This document shows positions 1 to 12,870 of a stretch of 64,000 bases of DNA, piece by piece. The notes under the pieces were generated by a model, which saw only the letters and a list, made by a program, of their open reading frames with translations, had not been told where the DNA came from and did not search any database. Origin of the DNA: Felis catus. Taxonomy: Eukaryota. The stretch's first letter is position 1. Each line of letters starts with the position of its first letter. Where the stretch lies: assembly GCF_018350175.1 (NCBI RefSeq), contig NC_058368.1:21950001-22014000 (forward strand), written 5' to 3'. The position numbers and the translations under genes were made by a program.

Positions 1-7
1 AGGTGGT

Positions 8-58
<51 letters not shown>

Positions 59-590
59 GGAATATTACTTAGCCATAAAAAATAATGAGATCTTGCCATT
101 TTCAACAACATGGATGGACCTGGAGAGCATTATGCTAAGTGAAATATCAGACAGAGACAGACAAGTACTATATGATTTCAATGATATGTGGAAACTAAAT
201 AACAAATGAACAAACAAAAAATCAGAAAAAGACCCATAAAGAGAGAATAAACTGGTGGCTGCCAGAGAGGAAGGTGGAGAGGGCACAGGCAAAATGGGTG
301 ACGAGGAATGGGAGGTCTAGTCTTCCAGTCATGGAATGAGTAAATCCCAGGGATGAAAGGCACAGATTAGGGAATATATGTAGCTAATGGTATTGTAACA
401 GATGGTAGCTACAGTTGTGGTGAGCACAACATAATGTAGAGTAGTAGAATTACTCAGTATGTTTACACCTGAAACACGTAACACTGTGTGTCAACTACAA
501 TTTTTTTTATACTTCAATTTAACGAAAAAAAGCGTTAGGAAAAGGTAATGAAACAAAAAACAAACAACAACAAAACCAAAGCCAGGAAAA
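1..590 (+). mobile_element. L1 3' end (ORF2 C-terminus and 3' UTR) with an internal (TG)n tract
   Basis: Translates as [31 protein letters not shown], the L1 ORF2 C-terminus, followed by an A-rich tail. Confidence 0.9.
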
Positions 591-939
591 AGATTAATCC
601 AAAGTTCTAGACCTCTACATAAAAAAAAAATGTTTGAATATTTCTGAAATTCATAAAAAATGACCTGAATAGTTGGAGATACTCTGTTGATGGATAGAAA
701 CACTCACATAATTTTTCCCAAATTCAATGGAATTCCAGTTAAAATTCCAAAAGGAATTTGTGTGAAACTCATAAACTGACCCCAAAATTCAAAGCACTAA
801 AAAAGAGCCATGGCTTATCATAAAATTATAGTAATTAAGACAATTTTGTACCAGCTGAGGGATAGGCAAAGTGACCAATGGAACAGACTAAAGAGCCAGA
901 AACAGATATGTGCACATATATTATATCGTTAGCACACTG

Positions 940-1190
940 GATAAAAGTGGGGGTTCTAGAAGTAGACAGCCCGGGTAAGAATCCTGGCTCAGTCACTTAT
1001 AGCTGCATGACCTTGGGCAAGTGACTTAAACTCTCTGTGCCTCAGATGTCTCATCTTTAGTTTGGGCATAATAATGATACCTACCTCTTGGGGTTGTTGT
1101 AAGGATTAATAGTTTAATACAGGTTAAGCTTCCAGAATATTACCTTACACCTGGTGAACACTGAATGATAAGAGTTATCATTATTATCAC
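940..1190 (+). mobile_element. MIR SINE
   Basis: Core TGACCTTGGGCAAGTGACTTAAACTCTCTGTGCCTCAG. Similar MIR remnants near 26700-26930, 41250-41420 and 57150-57290. Confidence 0.8.
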
Positions 1191-2535
1191 TAAAATCAAT
1201 GACAAAAGAACAGATTAGTCAAATAATGCTGGGAAAAGGGGTTAATCATATGACAAAAGAGGAGATCCCTACTTTACACAGTAGTCCAAATAAATTCCAG
1301 TTGGATTAAGAAACTAAATGAAAAAAGCCAAAATTTAAAATTGGGGGGGGGGGGAATCTTGTAAAGAAAAGAATTTCTTAGTGAAGAACTCCTACAAATT
1401 ATAAAGGAAAACAATGATATATTTAACAAGGATACATTATAAGGCTCTGAAAGGAAACACCATAAATTAAAAGCTAACATATATAATAATGCATTAGCAT
1501 CTATTTATATACATATAAAAATACACTTAAACAAAATCAATATCCCAAAGACAAAATGTGGTCCAGGAACACAAGTCACAGAAGTGACAAAAAGATCTGT
1601 GCATAAGCATAGCCAAATCTAGAAACTGCAAATGAAAACAAGAGACCATGTCACACCCATCAGAGAGGGAAAAAATTAAAATTTCATAATATCATGTATG
1701 GCAAGGAAGACGAGAAATGAATTTGGTGTCATCCTTTTGGAAAGCAATTTGGTGCATGTAGTGAGGTGCAAAATGCACCCTCTGTGTCCACCATTTCTGG
1801 TTTTTGCTCTGTGCCCTACACCAGAGAAATTCTCCCGTGATTTAGGGGACTTACTATACAAGGATGTTCATGACAGCTGGTTAGTTATATGAAAAAAGGG
1901 GAAAAACCTAAATGCTCATTCACATGAGAATGGTTTAATAGTGGCAGTCACAAAAGAATTCTCTAACATTTAAAATTAAAGACTTAAGAGTGAAATTTCT
2001 CACATGGATAAATCTCAATAGTTCACAGAATCTGGCTGAAATTCTACAAAGTCCAAGAACATGTAAAACCTCATCATATCTTGTTATAAGCACTTAAATA
2101 CACATGGTGAAAACGAAATCTGTGATGGCAATTATATCTCAAGAGGGATGGTGGGAGGGGGAGAGAGAGAATTAGAGAGTCCTTAACTATGTTTTATTTC
2201 TTAAAAAAAAAAAAAAATCCAAGCTAAAGCAAATACAGTATGATTTTTCAAATCTGGGTGAAATGTCTATGGGTATCTATTATATTTGAAATATCTCATT
2301 AAAATATCTTCAAAGAAGCTTATCATAATTGTGTTCGATCAGTTACAAATACAGCTAAAATGTAATCATAAGGTGGTAAGATCTGAAACAGTTTAAAAAG
2401 TTAGGAAATTTGCTCCCCAAATCCCCACTTAAAAGCCCAAACCATGGCCAACTCATCATTCTTTGTCTCCAAAGTACATTATCTATATTGGTACGTCCTT
2501 CCCTAAAAGGACTCATGTGTTTTCAAGTAACTTAC

Positions 2536-2657
2536 CAAACAATTTTCATGAGCAGCTATAGTCTCTTTTTTTGCAATGTATAGGACACTATACTCGGAGT
2601 CTTTGGGGCAGAGTGCACATGTCCTTTTTTCCATCTTTTCTGCAACCTGAAAGACAC
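2536..2657 (-). CDS. PHF11: PHF11 coding exon 2, pre-PHD C2HC zinc finger (GVFQVAEKMEKRTCALCPKDSEYSVLYIAKKETIAAHENCL); gene continues beyond the window start
   Basis: ttatag|GTGTC acceptor; TTG|GTAAGT donor; 122 nt; CxxC...HxxC motif; not in the ORF track. Confidence 0.96.
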
Positions 2658-4717
2658 CTATAAGTAACATCCTTGATGAGAAATGGAAAGGTAGAATTTC
2701 TTGGTCTCCATAACTCCTCCACCAGTCTTAAAAGTAGAAGGCAGGGCACTTGTTTTTATGAGAGGTCCTCAACTACTAGAGAGAGAAAAAAAATCGGGAC
2801 CCAAGTGGAAAAGCAAGTTATTTTGTATTTTTTTTAATGGCTTAATGAATGGAGGGACAATAGTTAATGTTCATTTAAAATGTCTAAACATGTGGAAAAC
2901 TTTGTTCAAGAAACAACCAGAGGGTGCCTGGATGGCTCAGTCAGAAGACCATGCAACTCTTGATCCCAGGGTTGTTAGTTTGAAACTCAGGTTGGGTGCA
3001 GAGATTACTTAAATAAACAAACTTAAAAAAAAAAAAAAAAGGAAAGAAACACAACTAGGAATTTAAATACAAAGCTCTCAAAACACTGCCTTGCCAATAC
3101 TAAGCTCTCAATAATTATTACTATTATCATTACAAATCAACAAGAACACAATGATATATTCAAGAAACAGTGCTCTGCTCAACTGCCTGCAAAAAAAAAT
3201 TTTAGATCCTGTGTCAGACTATACTCAAAAATAAATTTTGAGTGAATTAAAGATGTAAATGAGCAATGTGCTATAATTTAAATGCACTTAAATCTAGCAT
3301 TATAATAAATTAGGAGAGAAAGCTACATAAAGGTAGAAAATTGATTTTTTTTTTAAAGAAAGGAATGGAAGAAAGGAGAGGAACTAAGAGAAGGAGAGCT
3401 AGGAAGAAAAGGGAAGAATAAACAGAGAGAGAGAAAGAAGCCATCTGTTCTCAAAACCCCACCGGCATGTCAGTGAGAGGTAACTTTCCCATTTGTTTGC
3501 TATTCATTTGGCCACAAGCATTCATTTAACAATTTTTTTTTTTGCCCTTTCCAATGCTCATCCTCTTTTTGATTTGGTTTTCTGTATTAGAACACATTTG
3601 TGTTTTTAATCTTCAACTTTTAGTTTTGAAACAAGGACTTACTTTACCATTTAATGATGACAGTTTTAAATTTAGATGAGGTTGAGGCGCCTGGGTGGTT
3701 CAGTCGGTTAAGCCTCCAACTTCAGCTCAGGTCATGATCTTGTGGTTTGTGAGTTCAAGCCCTGTGTCAGGCTCTGTGCTGACAGCTCAGAGCCTGGAGC
3801 TTGCTTCAGATTCTGTGTCTTCTCCCTCTGCCCCTCCCCTGCTCATGCTCTGTCTCTGTCTCTCAATAATAAATAAATATTAAAAAAATTAAAAACAAAA
3901 TAAATTTAGATGAGGTTAACCACTTAAGGGGTTCCTATAAGTTGTTCCTAAAAGTTGTTTTTGTTATTCAAAACAAAACAAAATCTCTGAAATTAGATCT
4001 TGCATTTCACAAAATCATAGGACAGCACTTTTTTAAAAAAAGGTTATTTATCTATTTATTTTTATTTTAGATTGAGAGAGTGCAAGCAGGAGGCAGAATG
4101 AGAGAGAATCTCAAGCAGGCTCCACACCCAATTCAGAGCTCTATCTCACAACTATGAGATCATGACCTGAGCCAAATCTAGAGTCAGATGCTCAACTGAC
4201 TAAGCCACCCAGGTGCCCTTAGAAGACTGTGTTTTGGAGCAGCATTTATCTCACAATCTTCCCCCCCCCCCATGTTTATTTATTTATTTTGAGAGAGAGA
4301 GAGAAAGAGAGCGAACGAACACAGAAAGTGAGTGGGGAAGGGGCAGACAGAGAGAGAGAGATAGAATCCCAAGCAGGTTCAACGTTGTCAATGTGGAGCC
4401 CAACGCAGGGCTCAATCCCATGAACCATGAGATGACAACCTGAGCTGAACTCAAGAGTCAGAAGCTTAACTGACTGAGCCACCCAGGTGCCCCTCAGATG
4501 AGTTTCTTCTTTAATTTCTGTTTCCTGGATTTGGGTCCTAACTACTGAGGATAAAAATATGTAGTCCCTCTGCTCCCCACCAATCAAGAAAAAGGGGTTG
4601 AGACTGAGAGAAAAACTTCAAATGACTGAGAGAAAACCTCATTTTCATTCATTTCAAACCACCACCAATTTGGGAGCACCTCTGGTAGGAGAGTCATTTT
4701 GCTGGGCACTCTAGATG

Positions 4718-5062
4718 GGTGCTAACAGAAACATAATGTGAGCCGCAAATGTGACCTACAGCTAAAAAATTTCTAGGAGCATTGTAAAAAAAAGCATCAA
4801 GAAATGGGTGAAATTAATTTTACCCATTAAATAATGGGTTAATTAATAACAGGCTCTTTTCAACTAAATGTAGGCAAAATATTATCCTTTCAAACTTTAA
4901 TTGACATAATTAATTCATTCTTTAGTACTGAGTTTTGAAGCTTGGTGTACTTTGTGCTGAGTGTGTCTTAACTAAATAAGCCACATTTTAAGTGCTCATA
5001 GCCATGTGTATGTGAGTGGCTACACTCATGTGTAGTGAGTGGCTACTGTGGAGAACTGCACA
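4718..5062. mobile_element. hAT-Charlie MITE, MER33-like
   Basis: AGAAACATAATGTGAGCC start and internal TAGCCACAT/GTGGCTA repeats. Family assigned from memory. Confidence 0.55.
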
Positions 5063-6699
5063 GCAGAGGACACAAAGAAACAGGAGACAGAACTGTTGCC
5101 TGAAAGAAGCTAACAAAATAAGATCAAATGCTAATAAGGAAAAGAAAATAACGGGATAAATGCCACAAAGGAATATGATGGCTGAGTGGAAAATACAATA
5201 CATGCTATGGATCCAGGGGAGTACAGTGCTCCCCTGTGGGATGGGGTGTTGTCAAGGACATGGGCCTTGAGCTGGTACAACCTGGAGACAGACAGAAAGG
5301 GGGGAGGCGGTGGGAGGGACACTGGAGACTATGTAGCGATGTGGGAAAAGGTCAAGAGGTTTGACCAGGGGCCAGAAAACCAGGATCCTGAAGGGGGAGG
5401 GAGTCTGTGCAGAGGAAGCTGGAAAAGAATTTGAGAAACAGATGTAGAAGACTGCCAGGAAGGATTTTTAAGCAGGGGAATGACATGATGAAAGCGTTGT
5501 TTTAATCAACTGAATTTCAATACAAAAACAAAAACACAACATGGGGGGGGGGGAAGGGTATTACAAAGTTGCCAAATGGAGAGACAATGTGTATGCTTTT
5601 CTTGGTCTAAAATAATTCACATTATGGGGGGAAAAAGTTTTAAGCTTGATCTCAATACATGGAGAGAAATACTGTGCTCCAGAGTAGGAAGACGGGACAT
5701 TATAATCCTGTCAATTCTTTCTCAAATTGTAGGTTTAATGTCATTTCAACTTAAATTCCAAGAAGGTTAAAGAACTTGGGGGAAAAAAAAGTTTATTTGG
5801 AAGAATAAAAGGGCATGGATGGTGAAGGAAACCTTGAAAAGAAAATACAAGGGTATCTGGCTATCCCATCGAAAACCACACTATATAGATACAACTAGGA
5901 CAAAAGAGTAGATGACTATGTCTAAAGAAAGGATACAAAGCATAGAGAGAAGAATATAATCTATAATTATGAATTTAACATATCATAAGGCAATATGTGC
6001 ATTTCTTCTCTGGCACTGATGTCCTCAGGCCATTTTCTGTTGGGTTATTCACTATTTTCTTATTGATTTATGAGCCTGTTATGCATTCTTGTTAGTCGTA
6101 TGTGTGGTCTTTTTTGTTTATAAAATGGACATACAGAATGTTTAAACGTTTTACTTGATAAAAAGGAGATATGACTTAGAAAACACCTCCATAGCTCTAT
6201 TTTCTTCTAAAATTTTATTTTTATATTAAAATATTAATGTGAAATTTATTGTATTATAAATTATGAGATGGGGCGCTAACTTATTTTCATAGTGGTTAGC
6301 CAGTGATTTAAATCTCCTTTTCCTACATTTAATGATTACATATGTTTGGGTTTGTTCACATACTTCTATTTTGTTCCATTGATCTGTCACTTTCTCTGCC
6401 AATACCACACTTGATAATTTTCAATGTTTTAGAATACATTTTAATATTTGACAACATAATATACCATCCTAGATGGAAAATGAGGAAAAAAAACCCAATA
6501 TTTTATTCACCTCAGGCCCCAAATATACTGTGTTAAATACTATATTCTTTTTAAAAGAACACACAAACTGGATATTAAATTTATAAAGCACAGGCTAAAA
6601 AAAAAAAAAAAAGCATCAAATTATTAGTGACAAAATCTGGAATAAAAATCCCTAATAAAATAGTATGATAACATTTGATAGGCATGCAATGCTCCTTGT

Positions 6700-8620
6700 T
6701 GTATAAGAGCTAGGCATTTTCACACAGCATTGCCCTTTCCTTGTGCAAAGCTGGACTTTTGGACAGGTGCACTGTGCAGGGCTGAGCTGTCAGGCTTTGG
6801 ATACCTAAGCATGGCCCCTGTGTTTCCTCTGGGGACTGTCCATCTGAGTTGCATTCCCAAGTCTGCAGGCTTCTAGGATTTTGGCACCTGGGAATATGGT
6901 GGTGGTAGCTACACCATTGCCTTCTGACCTAGAGTTTTGCCACTACAACCCCCAAAGTGGGACACACAGGCTCCCCCTAATGGCCTTTTCTTGGTAAAAC
7001 ACGTCCTCCTCATAGTTTCTTATAAGATCTTGGCTTTTCTAACTTGTTCATTCTTCCAGACTGGAGGATGCATGTAACTCTGGAGTTGAGGGGAAATCAC
7101 ACTAGAGGCTCTTACATAGACAGGCATCTCTCACTATCTGAATGCTTGCTATGCATTATCCAAAACTCATGGACCAAATAAATACATTTGGATAACTGAT
7201 AGTCCTCACCTTCTGAATTCAGGAACTGTATAGGTTCAGACAGTGAGGGATAGGTGTATTATGGGAGCAGGGGCATTTTAGGGAAAAGTCCATTGGTCTC
7301 CATCAGCAGCTGACACTAAGAACAATGAGGATCGGCAGGGCTCCCCATGGTCCTTCTATTGTGTCTAGCAGGCCTAAGGACTCACAGAGACTGACCTGAC
7401 AACAATTCCCCAAAAATTAAACTGGTAGTCAAGAAAGGTTCTACAGAATGAAGCTGCAGAAAAATGACAAGCCAGGAACATATGAACTCTGACTAACTCA
7501 AACCAACAGAATGAATCTCTGTCTCTAGGCCCATCTCCATCTGGAAAGGGATTACTAATGCCACAGCCTCTGCAGGGATGTCAGGGGTGTCTTCCAAATG
7601 TTCCTTTTCCCAGATATGGTCTTAAAGCCCATTGGACAAGGGAAATCCAGCCAGAGGACAGAATCTGGGGTAGCCAGACTGGATAGCCAAGAAACACGTT
7701 TCACCACTAAATGAGTGGATGATGGAATGAGAGTCCCTAATCTTACAATTCCATTTACAATGCCCTTTTGTTATGATTTATGTTCTGGACTGGCAACCGA
7801 TGTATGGTGCTGGCTTGGAAACTTATTCCTCTTTTCTTCTTTGATCAACTTATCTATTATTGCAGCTTTTTAAGTTCTTCCATTATATATAAGATATGTG
7901 GGAGAAGTCAACTTTATCACTGAGTCCCATGACTGCACACCTGTAATGGATAAAGACCAAAACAGAAGAGGAGTGGACATTACCTAGAGGCTTGGTAATG
8001 GACTTGGAAACATAAATGTATTTGGGAGAGCCAGAAAGCATTACTGGGGACAGCTTTAGAGTGTATAAACAGGGGGAAGCCTGGGGGGCTCAGTCAGTTA
8101 AGCATCCAACTTTGGCTTAGGTCACGATCTCATGGTTTGTGAGTTCGAGCCCCACATCAGGTTAGCTTGAGCCCCGCTTCAGGCCCCACACTGACAGTGC
8201 AGAGCTGGTGTGGGATTCTCTCTCTCTCCCTCTGCCCCTCATGGGATTCTCTTTCTCCCTCACTGTCTGCCCCTTGCTTGCTTGTGCCCTCTCTCTTTCT
8301 CAAAAAAAAAAAAAAAAAGAAAAAGAAAAAAAGTATAAACTGGAATAAGAATGGGCATGTTGTGGGAAAGGGGTGGCGGACAGCCAAGGTGTAGGATGTT
8401 CAGTGGACTTCTTTAAGATATCTATCTCACAATCATACACAGGGATGACCCTCAGCAGTCACATTTGTATTATGTGACTCCATTTCCCTATGCACAGCTG
8501 ACAGTCCCAGAGGACCTATGTGCCCAATTCTCAGATATACAGAATTCAGAACAGAAGAAGTTCAAACTGGGCTGGTTTCCCTCCTGAGAAAGACATTCCC
8601 CATCAGCAACAGAATAGAAG
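6700..8620 (+). mobile_element. Degenerate class III (ERV-L-like) pol relic: tether/RNase H, possibly integrase N-terminus
   Basis: Collinear motif remnants LLGFW (6870-6884) and GQGKSSQRTE (from 7634) resemble ERV-L PLGFW and GEGKSSQWAEL. No open frame survives. Confidence 0.5.
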
Positions 8621-8639
8621 CCAAGCTCAGTGGTACATA

Positions 8640-9540
8640 CAAGCCCACTCATTCCTTCAACAAATTCTTAATAAGAACCTATTAGGCACTACAAATAAAA
8701 CAGACAATGAGATGAGAGTTTCAACTCTCATGGAACTTTATTCTAGTAGTAGAGACAGACAAGTATTTTTTTTCCTGCTAGTGATAAGTGTTATGAAAAA
8801 AACAGAGCAGGGAAAGGAAGTAGAGAGTCATGAGGGAGGTGGGGTGTTCTCTTAAATATCATGGGAAGGCAAAGCTATGGAGGGACACACTTGAGATTTG
8901 AATATGGTGGGGAAGTGAGAAATGTGATGCAAACAGAAAGACCCTGAGGCAGGGACAGATCTGGGGGCTTGGAGGACCCACAAGGCAGTAAGGGGTAGCA
9001 AAGTCATCAAGATGAGCAGGTATGGGATCAGATGAGGACATGGGTTACACTGTAGGCCACGGTAAGAGATTGTTTGGGAGGTAATGAGAGACTGTTGAAG
9101 GGCTCTGTGTAGGAGAATCACATTCGCTTTTTTTTTCTTAAAGATCATTTTGGCTGTTGTGCAGTCTTGTCTGTATGAGAAGTTGGAGTAGGGGCCAGAT
9201 TAATAGTCCAGGCAGGAGATGATGGTGGACTGGGCTTGGATGGTAGCGAAGGTGTGAAGCGGTCAGGCTCAAGATCTATTCTGAAAACAGAACTGACTGG
9301 TCTAATGCATTACATGGGAGGTGAGGAAGAAAGAGAGGCATTGAGGGCAGTGCTAACAGTTTTGGCCTGAGAAACTGGATGAATGGAATGCTGGTGGTTG
9401 AACAGGTTTGGAATACGTGGATATATGAAGGGAAACAAAAATTCTCTTTGGGATATTCAGTTTGAAATCATTCTAAGCATTGATGAAGTTGGTTATACAA
9501 GTCTGGAGTTTGGGGAAAATGTCAGGATGGAATCTCATCT
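8640..9540 (-). mobile_element. L2 LINE 3' fragment
   Basis: CATTCCTTCAACAAA end and typical L2 body (AAAGATCATTTTGGCTGTTGTG, GTCCAGGCAGGAGATGATGGTGG). A second L2 piece lies near 56430-57150. Confidence 0.75.
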
Positions 9541-10527
9541 CTAGTAACATTCCATAGGTAACACTAGCTGAATGAAAATATTCAACCACTTGGTTTATGG
9601 TTGCCATGTGACGTTTTGAGGCTGGTGCCTCTTCCTGTCATCACCTTTGTATGGAACACCCTTTCAAACTTTCTACCTCTGGTTGCCTCTTGCCATTTAA
9701 AACTAAGGGCATCCTCACCTCCATAAAGCTTTCCCCTGAACACCAAGTTGAGTTAGGAACCCCTCATTTGGGCCTCTGTGGTGCTTACTTACCAGGTCAT
9801 CTTCAAGTTGCCTATTCGATTCTCTAAGCTGGGGTCAGTTTAACTCATCTCTGTATTCCCCAAATCTAGCCCTGAGCCTGGCAGGTGGTAGGAGCTCTAC
9901 ATCTGTTTAAGTGAAGGGAAGGCGCAGACTCAGACTATTGCCTTATTCACAGAGAGGGTCGCTGAGGATCTGAACTACTGAATGAAAAGGAGGAGATGGT
10001 TCCAAAGTCACATTCTCTGCAAGAACCTTCCCAACCTCTTCCTGAGACCCAGCTAGCCACTTCTCTTCAGGAAGGGGTCCACTCCTGCCTACTTCTCCAC
10101 TTCTCTGACAACACTGTTTTACAGGTGGGTGGAGCTTTGCGTGGAGAGTAAGCCCACCAGAATTTATGTCGGTTTCCTCTGATGCCTCCATTCCCAGTAG
10201 AGTAGGACAGTAGCATTGGGCTGTCCATCACTAGTGGGAGAAGAAAGCGGGACACAACTCTCCTAAGTGAAGCTCCGGGGCTGAGGTCTGGGCTCAGAGT
10301 CCCTGCGGAACTGACCGAAGGTCTGTTGGAGGTGAACGTAGACAAGCCCGGCAAGTTCGGCAAGTTTGCCAGCGCTGCCAGAGGGGCTAGGATGTGGATC
10401 CGGGGGCCCCCAAGCGGCCGCAACAGTGAGCAGACCCTGGGCCCCGCCCTGTGATTGTGGGACACTGCATTACCCCCCTCCTATCCACAACTCCATCCCC
10501 GCGTGTTCGCACGCGCACATTACTCAC

Positions 10528-10588
10528 CAGTGGGGTGGGGGAGCTGGTCCGGCGCGTCCTTGGCCGAGGAAGACAACGCTTGCTCCAT
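10528..10588 (-). CDS. PHF11: PHF11 coding exon 1 (MEQALSSSAKDAPDQLPHPT+G)
   Basis: Strong Kozak GCAGCCATGG; 61 nt; consensus donor CTG|GTGAGT in phase 1, giving ...PTG|VFQVAEK as in PHF11. Confidence 0.88.
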
Positions 10589-10633
10589 GGCTGCACCCTC
10601 CGTGGCTGTCCAACGGCTGTGCTCCTTGCCTGC

Positions 10634-10645
10634 ACTTCCGGAAGT
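10634..10645. promoter_or_regulatory. Palindromic double ETS site ACTTCCGGAAGT
   Basis: Perfect 12-bp palindrome with CCGGAAGT on both strands (GABPA/ELK/ELF-type). Confidence 0.7.
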
Positions 10646-10661
10646 TCACAGGCAGTTGCAG

Positions 10662-10673
10662 AGTTTCGTTTTC
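10662..10673. promoter_or_regulatory. ISRE / IRF-binding element AGTTTCGTTTTC
   Basis: Matches the AGTTTCNNTTTC consensus, 74-85 nt upstream of the PHF11 ATG. PHF11 is a known interferon-stimulated gene. Confidence 0.8.
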
Positions 10674-11021
10674 GTAAAAGCTGTGATGATCCATTTCCCC
10701 TGCATAGGGGGAAGTTCTGAGCAAGAGACGCGTAGAGTTTGCAGACGTAGTTCTCATTCAAATAGGAGCTTGCATCTTATCCAGATCTGGTCTGAATCTG
10801 AACTTGCTTTGTTTTGTTTTTAAACTTGCAGGCGTTCCCCACCCTGCCCTGACTTTTCCTCTTCAGATTGGGAGGAAAGATGACCAAAACCCGGGATCAG
10901 CTGGAGAAGTGACTGCTCTTCTGTTTCTTTAAAAATTGTGTAACACCAAGTCTGGCCTAAATAGTTATGTCATAAACGTAGGCGGAATTAACAGACTAAT
11001 TCCAGTTGCAAGTCGCAAGTC

Positions 11022-11027
11022 TTTATT
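11022..11027 (-). terminator. Candidate distal SETDB2 polyadenylation signal AATAAA, about 440 nt before the PHF11 ATG
   Basis: AATAAA in apparently non-repeat sequence just upstream of the PHF11 promoter. Usage is unproven. Confidence 0.35.
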
Positions 11028-11499
11028 TAGCACCCATGGGGTACACAGCACCATACAAGACGAGGTTTTCAGTGCATGTGACAAATATACATGTAGAGAA
11101 CACAAATGCATATAAATTACAGATAAAAAAAATTCTGGAAAAGAAGCATGTCATAGTAGGTGGTTTGCTGAGGAATTAAAGGAAAACTTCTGCAGGTCTT
11201 GCATTTTGAGGTTTTAAAGAGAAGAAAGGCAAAATTGGGGACAGCAGAAAAAACAATATTTAAAAAGATAACTTGGGACAGTCTTGACAAATACAGAAAT
11301 GGGTTACAGAAGAATGGGGCTCAAAGGGGAGATAAGAGCAGACTCTGGCAGCCAAGTTTTTGCCCTTAAATCAGGAGGAGAGACAAGTATTCCTTGACAG
11401 GCCAAAAACAGTCCATAACAGACCATTAGAGACTCGGTAGCTCAGCTACCTCATGGTGTGGCACTTGAAGAGCCCTTTCCCCCAGTTTATAACCTCAGC

Positions 11500-12870
11500 C
11501 TTTTTAGTGTTCCACTCTTAAGTATGAGTAGACTGCCAAGATCACCAACTGAGGAAAGTCTATAACATGAAAGACAAAGACCAAAGGAAATATACAGTGA
11601 AAACAAACCTTTGAGGTCACAAAATATGCAGGAAGAATACATATATGAATGTGTGTGCACACAACTTAAACCTATATACATGACACTTTCAAGAAGATTT
11701 GATACTGCAACCATGAACCAAAAATAGGATGCTATTAAAGAAAAATTCAGAGAAGAGAGCTCTAGAAATTAAAAATGAGACCAGAAGGGGAGCCTGGGTG
11801 GCTCAGTCTGTTAAGCATCCGACTTCGGCTCAGGTCATGATCTCACGGTTTGTGAGTTCGAGCCCTGTGTCTGCCTCTGTGCTAAAAGCTTGGAGCCTGC
11901 AGCCTGTTTCAGATTCTATGTCTCCCTCTCCCTCTCTACCCCTCCCTACTCATGTGCTTGCTCTCTGTCTCAAAAATAAATGAAACATTAAAAAAAAAAA
12001 AAAAAAAAACGAGACCAGAAAAATAAAGCACAATACATCTATATTGGAAGATTCAGACTGAGGAAATCTCTCAGAAAGTTACAGCAAGAAGACAGCTGAA
12101 AATATATTTTGGGAGCCTGGCTGGCTCAGTTGGAAGAGCATGTGACTATTGGTCGCAAGTTTGAGTCACACACTGGGTGTAGAGATTACTTAAATAAATT
12201 AAAAAAAAATGAAACTCTTAAAAAGAGAAAAGAAAATTAGAAGAGAGTCAATCCTGGAGGTCTAACATCTGAATAACAAGAATTCTAGAAATAAAGAACA
12301 GATTAGGAATCATTAAAGAAATGGTTCAAGATGATTTCCCTGAACTGAAGGACAAAGTTTTCAGATTGAAAGATCCCACCAAGCACCCAGGATGAAAGAT
12401 GAAAATGGACTTCACCAGAAAGGAACACTGGGACAAAGATAATTCTATCAATTTCAAGAGAGATTAAAACTGGTCATATATATAAAAAATAAGGAACAGA
12501 ATGACATCTGACTTCAGTAGTCATCCTGGAAGCCAGAAAGGAGACCATTTTAAGACTTCATAGCAGCAGCACTGGAAGCTAGCAGATGCCTTCAATATTG
12601 TGTATGGAGGCTACTCAAGAATTCTATACCCTGATAAAATAGCAATCAAGTATACAGGTAAAAACAACATAATCAAACATGCATGGTCTCAAAATATTTA
12701 CCTCTCGATTTTCCTTTTCAAAAGCAACTAGGAAGAATATGTCCTTCACCGATATGTGGGAATAAACCAAGGAAAAGGGAAATAATGGAATTTAACTGGA
12801 AATAGATCTGACATAGACAAAGAGAATCTCTAGGACACTGATGGAAGATGAGAGCTGTGAAGCAGATCAA
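11500..12870 (+). mobile_element. Old HAL1/L1-ORF1-like fragment interrupted by two SINEs
   Basis: A-rich ORF1-like relics (GAGGTCTAACATCTGAATAA, TTCCCTGAACTGAAGGAC, TTTCAGATTGAAAG). Confidence 0.5.

Larger units (their letters stand above)
10240..10760 (-). promoter_or_regulatory. PHF11: PHF11 CpG-rich promoter / exon 1 region
   Basis: Only non-repeat CpG-dense, GC-rich patch in the window. It contains a GC box (CCCCGCCC near 10442), the ETS palindrome, the ISRE and exon 1. Confidence 0.85.

Noticed and set aside
10636..10643. TTCCGGAA as a STAT GAS element
   Set aside because: Spacing is TTC-N2-GAA rather than the canonical N3; better explained as a double ETS site.
10067..10823. Cluster of overlapping 77-132 aa ORFs on both strands
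   Set aside because: Expected in GC-rich promoter DNA. The real PHF11 exon 1 is a 61-nt frame not in the track, and none of the ORFs resembles a known protein.
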